Position numbers and translations under genes: made by a program. Below the pieces are notes generated by a model. It was not told the DNA's origin, searched no databases, and was given only the letters and a program-made list of their open reading frames with translations. Positions 1 to 9,438 of a DNA stretch of 64,000 nt are shown one piece after another. This DNA comes from Armatimonadota bacterium (lineage in GTDB: Bacteria > Armatimonadota > HRBIN16), in NCBI GenBank assembly GCA_963677485.1, contig OY781964.1, positions 4,000,001 to 4,064,000 of the forward strand. The letters run 5' to 3'. How positions within the stretch are numbered: position 1 is the first letter of the stretch; the number at the start of each line of letters is the position of its first letter.

Positions 1-1272
1 GGTTACAGGTGGGAAGATGGTGTAGGTCCGCGCGATCTACGCCCAACCAGGCTCGAACAGGCCTGGTTTTGCACCGAAAACAACCATGTTGGTATCAACG
101 AGTTTGTCGACTGGGCCAAGCTGGCCGAGACAGAGATCATCATGGCGGTGAACCTGGGCACACGTGGAGCGGAAGAGGCGCGGGCTCTAGTGGAATACTG
201 CAACCACCCGAGCGGAAGTTACTACAGCGATTTGCGCGTGTCTCACGGCTACAAAAACCCGCATGGCATCAAATATTGGTGCCTGGGGAATGAGATGGAC
301 GGCCCATGGCAGATCGGACATAAGACGGCTGAGGAGTATGGCCGACTGGCATGCGAAACCGCCAAACTGATGAAGTGGGTTGATCCCAGCATCGAGCTGG
401 TGGCTTGCGGCAGTTCGACGTTTGACATGCCCAGCTTTGGTTATTGGGAGTCGACGGTACTGGAGCATACCTATGAGCAAGTTGACTATATCTCGCTGCA
501 TATGTATCGAGGGCTGTCAACATGGAACAATTTCGCCGCCAGTGCAAGATGGATGGACACCTTCATCAAGAGCGTGGCGGCCACCTGTGATCACGTGAAG
601 TCGCGAAAGAAGAGCCGTCACACGGTCAATCTTTCCTTCGATGAGTGGAACGTGTGGTATCAAGGCGACTGGGCACAGGAGCTTGAAACGCGCTGGCAAA
701 CCGCCCCTCATTTACTGGAGCAGATCTACACGATGGAAGATGCGGTAGTATTTGGCTCTATGCTCATCACATTGCTCAACAATGCCGATAGAGTGAAAAT
801 CGCCTGCCTCGCCCAACTGGTCAATGTGATTGCCCCGATCATGGTTGATGAGAATGGGTCGGCTTGGTTTCAGACGATCTTCTACCCATACCTTCATGCT
901 TCGCAATACGGCAAGGGTGAGGTGATCAAGATGATCCGTCATGCTCCGATGTTTGCGTCTGACCAGTGTGAGGGCTGCTATCTGGAGTCGACGCTGACAT
1001 ACGATGAAGCGACGGGCACCGCTACGCTTCTGGCGGTGAATCTCAGCCAGGATGAGGCCATGGGCCTCAACTGCGACTTGCGGGGATTGGGTGAGGTGCA
1101 GTGCATCGAACACACCGTGCTGAACCATTCCGATCGAAAAGCTCAGAACGGTTCGGCGAACCCACACAACGTGCAGCCACGGCAGATCACGCCACCAGTT
1201 GCCGACGATGGGATGCTAGATGTGACGCTGCTGCCCTTAAGCTGGAACATGCTGCGGTTTGTGGTTTCGTAA
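1..1272 (+). CDS. abfA: alpha-L-arabinofuranosidase, GH51 (5' truncated by window edge)
   Basis: Frame open from base 1 (GYRWEDGVGP...); motifs AVNLGTRG, WCLGNEMDGPWQ (acid/base), SFDEWNVW (nucleophile), IACLAQLVNVIAP. Confidence 0.93.
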   Translation, partial: GYRWEDGVGPRDLRPTRLEQAWFCTENNHVGINEFVDWAKLAETEIIMAVNLGTRGAEEARALVEYCNHPSGSYYSDLRVSHGYKNPHGIKYWCLGNEMDGPWQIGHKTAEEYGRLACETAKLMKWVDPSIELVACGSSTFDMPSFGYWESTVLEHTYEQVDYISLHMYRGLSTWNNFAASARWMDTFIKSVAATCDHVKSRKKSRHTVNLSFDEWNVWYQGDWAQELETRWQTAPHLLEQIYTMEDAVVFGSMLITLLNNADRVKIACLAQLVNVIAPIMVDENGSAWFQTIFYPYLHASQYGKGEVIKMIRHAPMFASDQCEGCYLESTLTYDEATGTATLLAVNLSQDEAMGLNCDLRGLGEVQCIEHTVLNHSDRKAQNGSANPHNVQPRQITPPVADDGMLDVTLLPLSWNMLRFVVS

Positions 1273-1322
1273 ACAAGGGGGCAACCATCCTCACGTGCTG
1301 GTATGGCAGCACATGGTGTAGT

Positions 1323-1423
1323 TGCTACTGGTCGTAGGGGCGTCCCTTGTGGGCGCCCTAAAAAAACTATCGAATGAACAACGATTAGGGCGCCCACAAG
1401 GGACGCCCCTACGACCAGTAGCA
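1323..1423. repeat. REP doublet-like perfect 39-bp inverted repeat between convergent genes
   Basis: tgctactggtcgtaggggcgtcccttgtgggcgccctaa (1323-1361) is the exact reverse complement of 1385-1423; each arm is GTAG followed by an imperfect GC palindrome. Confidence 0.85.
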
Positions 1424-1444
1424 TTCAACCACAGGGGCATGTCC

Positions 1445-3055
1445 CTACGAAGGTAGCACCCTCAGGCGGCGGTGCGGGTCCTCGCCCAGGCTTTCGCTGA
1501 CCAGGTTATTGCGCTCCACAAGCTGATGCTGCAGGCGGCGGATGTAACTGTTCTGCGGGCTGAGTTCCACGGGCTGCAGACGCTCCAGCACCTCGTCTAT
1601 CGCTTCTTGAGCCTCTTGCATCGCGCTGATGGTGGGGTCTTCTACGGTGGGCTCCAGACTGCTGGCAGGACGCATGTGGAACACATCGCGCACGGCGCTG
1701 GCGATTTGGGCGTAGGTGTTGCTCTTCACCAGGTAGATGGGCGTGCCGCTATTCTGCGCTTCACGCAGCCGATGGGCATCCTTCTGCGCCGTGCCGCGCA
1801 GCGCGATCACCACATCGGCTTCAGACAGGTTCCTGACCATGAAGCCAGGCACATACATCTCGCGGACGGCCCGCTCAAGGCGCGACCTGCTTACCCCATA
1901 TGCGAATAGCTTCACGGTGGGAGGCAGCTCTTTGGGTACCCGCGGGTGCGAGCTCATCTCACGAACGGTGGGGCCGGCCTCTTCCATTCCGCTGGAATCG
2001 CCTCGTTGTACCACGTCGATGGAACCTTGATCGGTGCGCACGCGGATTTCAGGACGCGGCATATCACCCCGCAGCATCCTGTCAACAACCGCGGCGACAT
2101 CGTGGTGGATGGCGAGTTTGTCCTTCTCCATCAGCTCAATCACGACATCGAAGGTGGGAGGCGCTTTACGCTCCAACACCGTCTTCTGAGTGCCACGCCG
2201 TCGCGCTTCATCGTCACCGAGGGTCACCGTCTGCACCCCGCCCACCAGGTCGCTGAGCGTGGGGTTCATCAGCAGGTTTTCCAGGGAGTTGCCGTGGGCG
2301 GTGCCGATGAGCTGCACGCCGCGTTCCGCGATGGTGCGAGCCGCGAAGGCCTCTTGCTCCGTGCCGATTTCGTCAATCACAATCACTTCAGGCATGTGGT
2401 TTTCCACTGCCTCAATCATCACCGCGTGTTGCTGTTCGGGCACAGCCACATGCATACGCCGCGCCCTGCCGATGGCAGGGTGGGGGATGTCGCCATCGCC
2501 AGCGATCTCGTTGGATGTATCGACGATGATCACACGCTTGTCGAACTCGTCGGCCAGCACTCGGGCGATCTCACGCAGTTTGGTGGTTTTGCCGACACCA
2601 GGCCGCCCCAGGCACAGAATACTCTTGCCCTTCTCCACCACATCCTGAATGATGTCGATGGTGCCGAACACCGCACGGCCCACACGGCAAGTCAATCCTA
2701 TCACCAAACCAGAACGGTTTCGAATAGCCGAAATGCGGTGCAGCGTGCGGGGGATACCTGCACGGTTGTCTTTACCGAAAGCCACCACACGGCTTACTAC
2801 ATAGTCGATCTCCTCACGGGTGATCTCTTCGTCGCTCAACCGTATGTGCCTGTCACGGAAGCGGGCTTCTGGCTCACGGCCAAGGTCCATCACGACCTCA
2901 AGCAGCTCCTCCAGATTGGCTTCACGGATCAAACTCTGGCGAATAGCGGTTGGCAATACATCAAGAAGTTCCGCGAGGTTATCAGTTACTCTCAATTGAT
3001 GCGGATGTGGCTGTTCAGATTCGGAAAATCCGCTGGGGTGTAAATCCTGGGTCAT
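1445..3055 (-). CDS. SpoIIIAA/Ycf45-family AAA ATPase with C-terminal R3H domain
   Basis: Walker A GRPGVGKTT, IVDTSNEIAGDG, Walker B VIVIDEIG, GTAHGN; C-terminal SYIRRLQH R3H motif. Confidence 0.9.
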   Translation of the reverse strand: MTQDLHPSGFSESEQPHPHQLRVTDNLAELLDVLPTAIRQSLIREANLEELLEVVMDLGREPEARFRDRHIRLSDEEITREEIDYVVSRVVAFGKDNRAGIPRTLHRISAIRNRSGLVIGLTCRVGRAVFGTIDIIQDVVEKGKSILCLGRPGVGKTTKLREIARVLADEFDKRVIIVDTSNEIAGDGDIPHPAIGRARRMHVAVPEQQHAVMIEAVENHMPEVIVIDEIGTEQEAFAARTIAERGVQLIGTAHGNSLENLLMNPTLSDLVGGVQTVTLGDDEARRRGTQKTVLERKAPPTFDVVIELMEKDKLAIHHDVAAVVDRMLRGDMPRPEIRVRTDQGSIDVVQRGDSSGMEEAGPTVREMSSHPRVPKELPPTVKLFAYGVSRSRLERAVREMYVPGFMVRNLSEADVVIALRGTAQKDAHRLREAQNSGTPIYLVKSNTYAQIASAVRDVFHMRPASSLEPTVEDPTISAMQEAQEAIDEVLERLQPVELSPQNSYIRRLQHQLVERNNLVSESLGEDPHRRLRVLPS

Positions 3056-3138
3056 GCGTTGTCTTTCTGCGGTATACCGCGTGCTTAGTTCACTCTATCT
3101 AGATTCTACCCCTTCCACGCGGCATAGCGGTAAACGAG

Positions 3139-3876
3139 TTACGAAAGCAGCTCCACCGTGCGTCTGACGATCTCATCCACCAGCTTTTGGCCGAGCTTCT
3201 TGCTGGCGTGGATGCGAGGGTCAACACCGTGCATTGCATACAACGGACTGGTGGGGTCATACGGCCCCCCATCGTCCTTGATGGGTGTGATGGGCAGTGT
3301 CACCACACTCGAGTCGTGCGCGTAAAGGTAGTTCATACGAACCCAGTCGGGGTTTAGTTCTAAGGCGATGCTGGTTTCATATTTGGCAGCATGATCGCCA
3401 GCGAAGCTGTCGCCTGGTAGAGGCGTAGTGACATCACAGTCGCATATTCCAATGACGCGGGTGCAAGCGTGCCGTGCTTGTGCATCGGAGGCGATCTGCT
3501 TGACCATGTCGACCTGCTCGAATGGGTAGTGTCCTGTGAACAGCAAGATGCGTTTGAAGCCGTTCTCCACCAGCATATCGATGCTTTGGGCTATCAGAGG
3601 GATCAGCTCTTCGGGAGTCCACATATGCGTCCATCGCGTACCGATGTGTCCGCCGCCCGTGCCAAAGAAGCAGCAGGGCATCACCACACCGCCTGTGATC
3701 TCGGCAGCCCTCATGCAGAGTGCGTGAGCCTTGATCCCGTCAAAGCCGACCGGCAGATGGTAGCAATGATGCTCATACGTGCCCAGAGGCAGGTAAGCGA
3801 TGGGGCTCTGGTTCTTGATCTGCTCCAACTCATCTGGGTGCAGCAGTTGATATTCACCGTAGGATGTCATTGACAT
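3139..3876 (-). CDS. creatininase / creatinine amidohydrolase family protein
   Basis: YLPLGTYEHHCYHLPVGFD, TGH, DHAAKYETS motifs; SD AAGGAG upstream. Confidence 0.8.
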   Translation of the reverse strand: MSMTSYGEYQLLHPDELEQIKNQSPIAYLPLGTYEHHCYHLPVGFDGIKAHALCMRAAEITGGVVMPCCFFGTGGGHIGTRWTHMWTPEELIPLIAQSIDMLVENGFKRILLFTGHYPFEQVDMVKQIASDAQARHACTRVIGICDCDVTTPLPGDSFAGDHAAKYETSIALELNPDWVRMNYLYAHDSSVVTLPITPIKDDGGPYDPTSPLYAMHGVDPRIHASKKLGQKLVDEIVRRTVELLS

Positions 3877-3879
3877 TCT

Positions 3880-4105
3880 CCTTGCAAGTCACTTGGTTGG
3901 CTATGTCCGGGGCGGTCTGTCAGTACGCTTGCGGAGGCAACTGTCTATAGACCGCGCCGGTCTTTTTTCCTGACACAAATCTTTCAGGGCTATCCGCCAG
4001 ACCGGCGCGGTCTTGAGCCTTCTGCATCCGCTAGCCTACGCACAGACCGCCCCGGACATAGGCATCGTTTAGTTGCGATAGAGACGAACAGCCATTCGCA
4101 TATCA
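3880..4105. repeat. dispersed ~225-bp palindromic element, family A, copy 1 (REPIN/MITE-like)
   Basis: Outer inverted repeat ctatgtccggggcggtctg / cagaccgccccggacatag and inner agaccgcgccggtct / agaccggcgcggtct; a diverged inverted copy lies at 40321-40543. Confidence 0.85.
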
Positions 4106-4198
4106 CCTGTCATCCCAGTGTGATGCGTCAGTTATAGTGTGGGCTGCCGTGACCGCAAGGACTGGTGCTTGTTAGTTGATGGTATGAGGTCACCATCC

Positions 4199-5509
4199 CT
4201 ACGTTAGCCATCCAGCCAGTGCGCCGGCGGAGGCTGATGTCACAAACACTCGTTTTACGAACTCATCGTCTGGCAGATGGCTGTAAAAACTGCCTCGGAG
4301 GCCCGCCACCAGCGTCTCCGCTTGATCTGCTGATACTAGTGAGACGGTGCAGCCACCGAAACCGGCACCGGTCAAGCGAGCGCCAGCGGCGCCGAACGAC
4401 CGCAGCAGGCCGACCAGCTCATCCAGCTGCTTGCAGCTAATTTCGTAGTCCTCGGCGCAACTGCGGTGGGACTCGTTCATCAGCGTGCCCATCGCGGCAA
4501 TATCGCCGCTCTGCATGGCCTCACAAGCCTGTTGTACCCGGAGCCCTTCCGTGAGCACGTGACGGGCTCGTCGCTTGGGTTGAAAGCTGCTGCATCCATC
4601 TGGTATGAGCTGCTGCAGCTCGCTGGCGCTCAGACCTATGAACGCAGCACATTGATCTAGCGAGAGAATGCCATCGGGCAGTTGGGCTAATAACTCGTGC
4701 CAGTCGTTTCGGTCACGCAGCAGCTCTCCCAGTGATCCATATGTTTTACCAGCGAGTTTGCTCAGCATCCGCACGGCGATTCGACATTCCGCCACGCGGG
4801 AGTTGTAAGCGTCGCGAGCGGCTCCCGATTTTTCGGCGACGACCATGCTGTGGGCCACCACGAACCGCCAGTCTTCCGGTATCCGGTATGGCTGTGTTCG
4901 CAGCGGATTGAAGTGTATGCACAACGCGTGGTTCTTCAGTGACAACAGGCTGGCCGCCTGATCCATACCTCCGCCGCGGGTGCCCACATACTGCTCACCC
5001 TCAGAGCAGATTCCTGCCAACTGCTCGTGGCTGATCTCCAGACCATTCATTTTCGCCAGAGCGAGGGCCATCACCACGACTGTGGCGGATGAGCTGCTGA
5101 GGCCCGCGCCTTCGGGCACATCACCGGAAACACAGACGGTCGCGCCTTTCAGAGGCAGCTGCTCAGGCGCGTGCTGAGCGCACCAAATCCAAATCGCCTG
5201 ACACGCCGCTTTAAGGTAGTTTCCCCAGTCACCTGCCGGGTAGGTGGGGATGTCTGCGGAGATAGCAAACTGCCGCTCTCCATACTTCGGGTTGGTGTTC
5301 ATCGCCGTGATAGTCGGCTGTTCCACTGGTGCGGCGATCAAACAAATCTGCTGCTCAGTCGCGATGGGAAGCACAGGTAGATTGTTATAGTCGGTGTGCT
5401 CACCTATGATGTTGACTCGTCCGGGGGCATATGCCTCCAGCAGAGGCTCTGAGTGGCCAAAACGAGCCGTGTATGCCTGTCTGGCGGTGTCTAATAGTTG
5501 CTTGCTCAT
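4199..5509 (-). CDS. galK: galactokinase / N-acetylgalactosamine kinase (GHMP family)
   Basis: APGRVNIIGEHTDYN, PEGAGLSSSSA, GGGMDQ, GARLTGAGFGGC. Confidence 0.88.
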   Translation of the reverse strand: MSKQLLDTARQAYTARFGHSEPLLEAYAPGRVNIIGEHTDYNNLPVLPIATEQQICLIAAPVEQPTITAMNTNPKYGERQFAISADIPTYPAGDWGNYLKAACQAIWIWCAQHAPEQLPLKGATVCVSGDVPEGAGLSSSSATVVVMALALAKMNGLEISHEQLAGICSEGEQYVGTRGGGMDQAASLLSLKNHALCIHFNPLRTQPYRIPEDWRFVVAHSMVVAEKSGAARDAYNSRVAECRIAVRMLSKLAGKTYGSLGELLRDRNDWHELLAQLPDGILSLDQCAAFIGLSASELQQLIPDGCSSFQPKRRARHVLTEGLRVQQACEAMQSGDIAAMGTLMNESHRSCAEDYEISCKQLDELVGLLRSFGAAGARLTGAGFGGCTVSLVSADQAETLVAGLRGSFYSHLPDDEFVKRVFVTSASAGALAGWLT

Positions 5510-6237
5510 AACGTGCCCTCACTCAGCTTTCGCTCGGCCGTAGCCAGGTCCTCCGGTGTGCCGATGTCTAGCCAGGGGGCATCTTCCATGCGCACCGCGG
5601 CCACGGGCAGACCGTCAGCGATCATCATATTTACCGCATCTGGAAGCTCATACTCACCACGAGGGGAGGGTGTGAGGCGGCGAAGATACTCAAAAACGGT
5701 GGGTTGGAATGCAAAGATGCCGGCATTCATCCAGTGCGAAGGGATAGTGCCCTGTTTGGGTTTTTCGATGATCTGCTGCACCATGTCATCGCCGTCAATC
5801 AGCACCGCGGCACCTTTGTAGGGGTCATCTACCCACTTCAGGGCCGTGACCGCCTGGCAGTCACCACGGTTGATGCGAGCTACCATCTTACCGTAGAGGT
5901 CATCGGAGGTCAGGATATCACCAAAGGTCATCACAAAAGGTGACACGGCCACGAGCTCTTCCGCCGATTGCAGAGCTGCGCCTGTGCCGTGAACATCCGG
6001 CTGGGTGGCGTATTTGATGTCAAGACCTAGCTGTGAACCGTCACCGAAGTGCGACTGTATCGCCTCCGCGAGGTATCTGACGACGATGATGAACTCCTGG
6101 CATCCGTGCCGGGCGATTCGCTTAATGATGTGCTGCATAACAGGCTCACCAACAAGCGGAAGCATGGGTTTGGGGGTGGTCTGTGTGAGCACACCCAGTC
6201 GTGTGCCTTTACCCGCGGCTAATATGACGCATTTCAT
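5506..6237 (-). CDS. sugar-1-phosphate nucleotidyltransferase (NTP_transferase family)
   Basis: VILAAGKGTRL, PKPMLP, GTGAA, EKP, RGEYELPDA, WLDIGTPEDL; 4-bp ATGA overlap with galK. Confidence 0.88.
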   Translation of the reverse strand: MKCVILAAGKGTRLGVLTQTTPKPMLPLVGEPVMQHIIKRIARHGCQEFIIVVRYLAEAIQSHFGDGSQLGLDIKYATQPDVHGTGAALQSAEELVAVSPFVMTFGDILTSDDLYGKMVARINRGDCQAVTALKWVDDPYKGAAVLIDGDDMVQQIIEKPKQGTIPSHWMNAGIFAFQPTVFEYLRRLTPSPRGEYELPDAVNMMIADGLPVAAVRMEDAPWLDIGTPEDLATAERKLSEGTL

Positions 6238-6459
6238 ATGATATAACTCCGAAAAACTATAATGCGATGTCCTTTGTTTGATACCACAACTTAGCGGATA
6301 TTTCCATCATGGATCATGAACTCCCTGGGAACGCCAATCTCCCGATTGGCATCGGCCTGCCACGACACATTCTGTCACCATCGTTCCGGATGACAGGTCT
6401 CGTTGCAGTAGGCCATCCCTACGAATGCGACTAATGCCCATTGATGGTGAGTGAATACC

Positions 6460-6497
6460 AAAAAAAAGAGAGGCCGCTTGATGGGCGGCCCCTCTTT
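6460..6497 (-). terminator. intrinsic terminator downstream of amt
   Basis: Minus strand aaagaggggccgc-ccatcaa-gcggcctctc followed by a run of T. Confidence 0.8.
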
Positions 6498-6516
6498 GCT
6501 GAATAGCGCGTAACCG

Positions 6517-7842
6517 TTAGTCCTCGTGAAGCATGTGGTAGCCAAGCTCACCGTGCTGCGTGATGTCAAGGCCTTCACGCTCATCGGTGTCTTTCACCCG
6601 CAAGCCAGTCGTCAGCTTACAGATGCCAAGAATGATCAGCGTCATCACCACTGCATAGGCGATGGTGACTACGACCGCGATGATCTGGGCAATCATCAGC
6701 TTGGAGCCGCCCCCCAGGGCCAGACCTTGATGGGTGACGGCCGCGTTGACGGCACTGCTGGCAAACACACCCGTCAACAAAGCACCAGTGGTACCTCCAA
6801 CGCCGTGTACGCCGAAGGCGTCCAGTGCATCATCGTAGCCCAGTTTGCTCTTTGCATTGACAGCCGCGTAGCAGACCACTCCGACGATCAAGCCGATCGC
6901 GATGGAGGCCATTGGTGTGACAAACCCAGACCCAGGGGTGATGGCAACCAATCCGGCTACCGCTCCAGACACGGCACCCAATGCACTTGGCTTCTGACGG
7001 TGAATCCATTCAGCCACAATCCAGCCGATAGACGCGCATGCCGCGGAGATGTGGGTGACCACAAAGGCGTTTGCAGCTAAACCGGTAGAGCCTAACGCAC
7101 CGCCTCCGTTAAAGCCGAACCAGCCGAACCAAAGCAAAGCTCCACCGGTAAGGCACATCGTCAGGTTGTTGGGGAAGAAGGCCTCTTTACCGTAGCCCTT
7201 CCTCTTGCCGATGACCAGTGCTGCTACTAATGCGGATACACCGCTGCTGATATGCACAACCGTGCCTCCAGCGAAGTCCAGTGCTCCGAGTTTGTAAAGC
7301 CAGCCATCTGCGTTCCACACCCAGTGGGCGAGTGGAGCGTATACGACCGAGTTCCACAGGAAGCAAAACAGCACAAACGCACTGAATTTCATGCGTTCAG
7401 CCACGGCACCAGCGATCAACGCGGGGGTGATGACCGCAAACATCATCTGGTAAGCCATAAACACCAACTGTGGCACCGTGGTGGCATATGTGGTGCTGGG
7501 TGCTTGACCTACACCCCTAAGGAATGCGTGGTCCATATTTCCTATGAAACCACCGATGCTGGGTCCGAATGCCGTGGAATAGCCGAACAAAACCCATTGA
7601 AGGGTTGCGATTGCCAGGGCTGCAAAGCAGTACATGAAGATGCTCAACACATTTTTACGTCGGACAAGACCTCCGTAGAAGAGGGCCAGGCCTGGTGTCA
7701 TGAGCATGACCAGCGCGGTGCAGAGTAGCATCCATGCGGTGTCTCCGGTGTCAGCTTTTGGGGTGCCTGCCGCGAAGGCGGGCAGAGAGGCGATAAGCGT
7801 CGTTATCGCGAGGGTGATTGCGAGTGTTGTGTTCTTGCGCAC
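6517..7842 (-). CDS. amtB: ammonium transporter (Amt/AmtB family), paralogue 1
   Basis: GDTAWML, TPGLALFYGG, DFAGGTVVH, LWFGWFGFNGG, DDALDAFGVHG (twin His present); N-terminal signal-like segment; GTG start with GGAGG. Confidence 0.95.
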   Translation of the reverse strand: MRKNTTLAITLAITTLIASLPAFAAGTPKADTGDTAWMLLCTALVMLMTPGLALFYGGLVRRKNVLSIFMYCFAALAIATLQWVLFGYSTAFGPSIGGFIGNMDHAFLRGVGQAPSTTYATTVPQLVFMAYQMMFAVITPALIAGAVAERMKFSAFVLFCFLWNSVVYAPLAHWVWNADGWLYKLGALDFAGGTVVHISSGVSALVAALVIGKRKGYGKEAFFPNNLTMCLTGGALLWFGWFGFNGGGALGSTGLAANAFVVTHISAACASIGWIVAEWIHRQKPSALGAVSGAVAGLVAITPGSGFVTPMASIAIGLIVGVVCYAAVNAKSKLGYDDALDAFGVHGVGGTTGALLTGVFASSAVNAAVTHQGLALGGGSKLMIAQIIAVVVTIAYAVVMTLIILGICKLTTGLRVKDTDEREGLDITQHGELGYHMLHED

Positions 7843-7997
7843 GTGTTTATCCTCCGGTATTTACGGAGACAAGCCAGCCGCGTCTTCAGGGTGGATTGCC
7901 CGGGAGTAAAATTGGGCTTCATAACATAGCCCATGGAACCTGCGGTGGTGCGCTGTTGGGCAGGCTCGTCTTAGGCGCCTGCTCAGTCATTAATAAA

Positions 7998-8003
7998 ATT
8001 ATA
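7998..8003 (-). promoter_or_regulatory. putative -10 box (TGG-TATAAT) for amt paralogue 1
   Basis: Minus strand ttggTATAATtttatt, ~150 nt upstream of the start codon; same position as in paralogue 2. Confidence 0.5.
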
Positions 8004-8066
8004 CCAAACTGCGGGGCAGAAACGAGGATCTCGAGATACCATATTGGTGATGTATTCCGCAGTGGG

Positions 8067-8100
8067 TAGCTCCAGGCGATCAGTAGACCGCCTGGAGCTA
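8067..8100. terminator. hairpin just after the amt paralogue 2 stop codon
   Basis: tagctccaggcg / cgcctggagcta 12-bp perfect stem; no strong U-tract. Confidence 0.45.
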
Positions 8101-8112
8101 GTTGGAGCGTCG

Positions 8113-9438
8113 TTACTCTTCGTGGAGCATATGGTAGCCGAGTTCACCGTGCTGGGTGATGTCAAGCCCTTCTCGCTCATCACTGTCATTGACCCGAAGG
8201 CCTGTGGTCAGTTTTAATAGCGAAAGAATGATGGCCGTCACCCCCGCCGCATAGACTATGGTGACCACGACGGCTTGCAGCTGTGATAGCAGCAGCGTAT
8301 TGTTGCCCCCCATGGCCAGACCGAGGTGTACCACGGCAGGATTCACCGCGCTGGTGGCGAAGATACCAGCCATTAACGCGCCGGTGGCTCCGCCCACGCC
8401 ATGGACTCCGAAGGCGTCCAGAGCATCGTCATACCCCAGCTTCACTTTGGCATTGACCGCCAGATAGCACACCACCCCAAGGATGGCACCAATGAGCATG
8501 GCGGCTGTGGGGCTGACATATCCTGAGACGGGTGTGATGCCGGCAAGCCCAGCCACCGCACCTGAGACCGCGCCAAGGGCACTGGGCTTCTGGCGCTGTA
8601 TCCACCCGATGGCGATCCAGCTTATACAGGCGCTGGCAGCGGCGATATGTGTGACCATGAAGGCGTTGCACGCCAGGCCTCCAGAGGTCAGCGCACTGCC
8701 CCCGTTGAAGCCGAACCATCCGAACCACAGCAGCGCTCCACCGGTAAGGCACATAGTGAGGTTGTTGGGGAAGAAGGACTCTTTACCATATCCGCGCCGT
8801 TTGCCCACGATGTAGGCGGCTACGAGCGCAGAGACCCCGCTGGTGACGTGGACGACGATCCCGCCGGCGAAGTCGATGGCTCCTTGTTTCGCCAGCCAGC
8901 CGTCTACATTCCACATCCAGTGGGCGACCGGAGCGTATACCACGGTGTTCCATAGGAAGCAGAACACCAGAAATGCCGAGAATTTCATGCGTTCGGCCAC
9001 TGCACCTGCAATCAAACCGGGTGTGATCACAGCGAACATCATCTGGTAGGCCACGAATATGATCTGCGGCACGGTGCTGGCATAATGGGCACTTGGTGTC
9101 TGCCCGACACCCCGCAGGAAAGCGAATTCCATATTGCCGATATATCCGCCAATGGAGTGCCCGAATACTTCCGAGTATCCGATGGTCACCCACTGGATAG
9201 TGGCGACCGCCAAAGCGGCGAAGCAATACATAAAGATGCTCAGTACATTCTTTCGGCGGACCAGTCCTCCATAGAAGAGAGCTAATCCAGGTGTCATGAG
9301 CATAACGAGAGCGGTAGAAAGCAGCATCCAGGCGGTATCGCCCGAATCAACTTTCAAAGTCTGTGCAGCGTGAGCCGGAGTTGCAGCAATGAGCGATAAT
9401 ATCGCCATTGAAATCGGGATCTTTGTGTTTTTGCGCAC
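8113..9438 (-). CDS. amtB: ammonium transporter (Amt/AmtB family), paralogue 2
   Basis: Same motifs as paralogue 1 (DFAGGIVVH, FGVHG). GTG start at 9438 with GAGG gives 1326 nt, the same length as paralogue 1. Confidence 0.95.
   Translation of the reverse strand: MRKNTKIPISMAILSLIAATPAHAAQTLKVDSGDTAWMLLSTALVMLMTPGLALFYGGLVRRKNVLSIFMYCFAALAVATIQWVTIGYSEVFGHSIGGYIGNMEFAFLRGVGQTPSAHYASTVPQIIFVAYQMMFAVITPGLIAGAVAERMKFSAFLVFCFLWNTVVYAPVAHWMWNVDGWLAKQGAIDFAGGIVVHVTSGVSALVAAYIVGKRRGYGKESFFPNNLTMCLTGGALLWFGWFGFNGGSALTSGGLACNAFMVTHIAAASACISWIAIGWIQRQKPSALGAVSGAVAGLAGITPVSGYVSPTAAMLIGAILGVVCYLAVNAKVKLGYDDALDAFGVHGVGGATGALMAGIFATSAVNPAVVHLGLAMGGNNTLLLSQLQAVVVTIVYAAGVTAIILSLLKLTTGLRVNDSDEREGLDITQHGELGYHMLHEE

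Noticed and set aside
1946-3043. 365-aa plus-strand ORF, and similar long ORFs at 21975-23090, 25048-26283, 54164-55297 and 61366-62889
   Set aside because: Each lies antisense to a well-supported gene and has no recognisable motifs. These are shadow ORFs expected from GC-rich codon usage.
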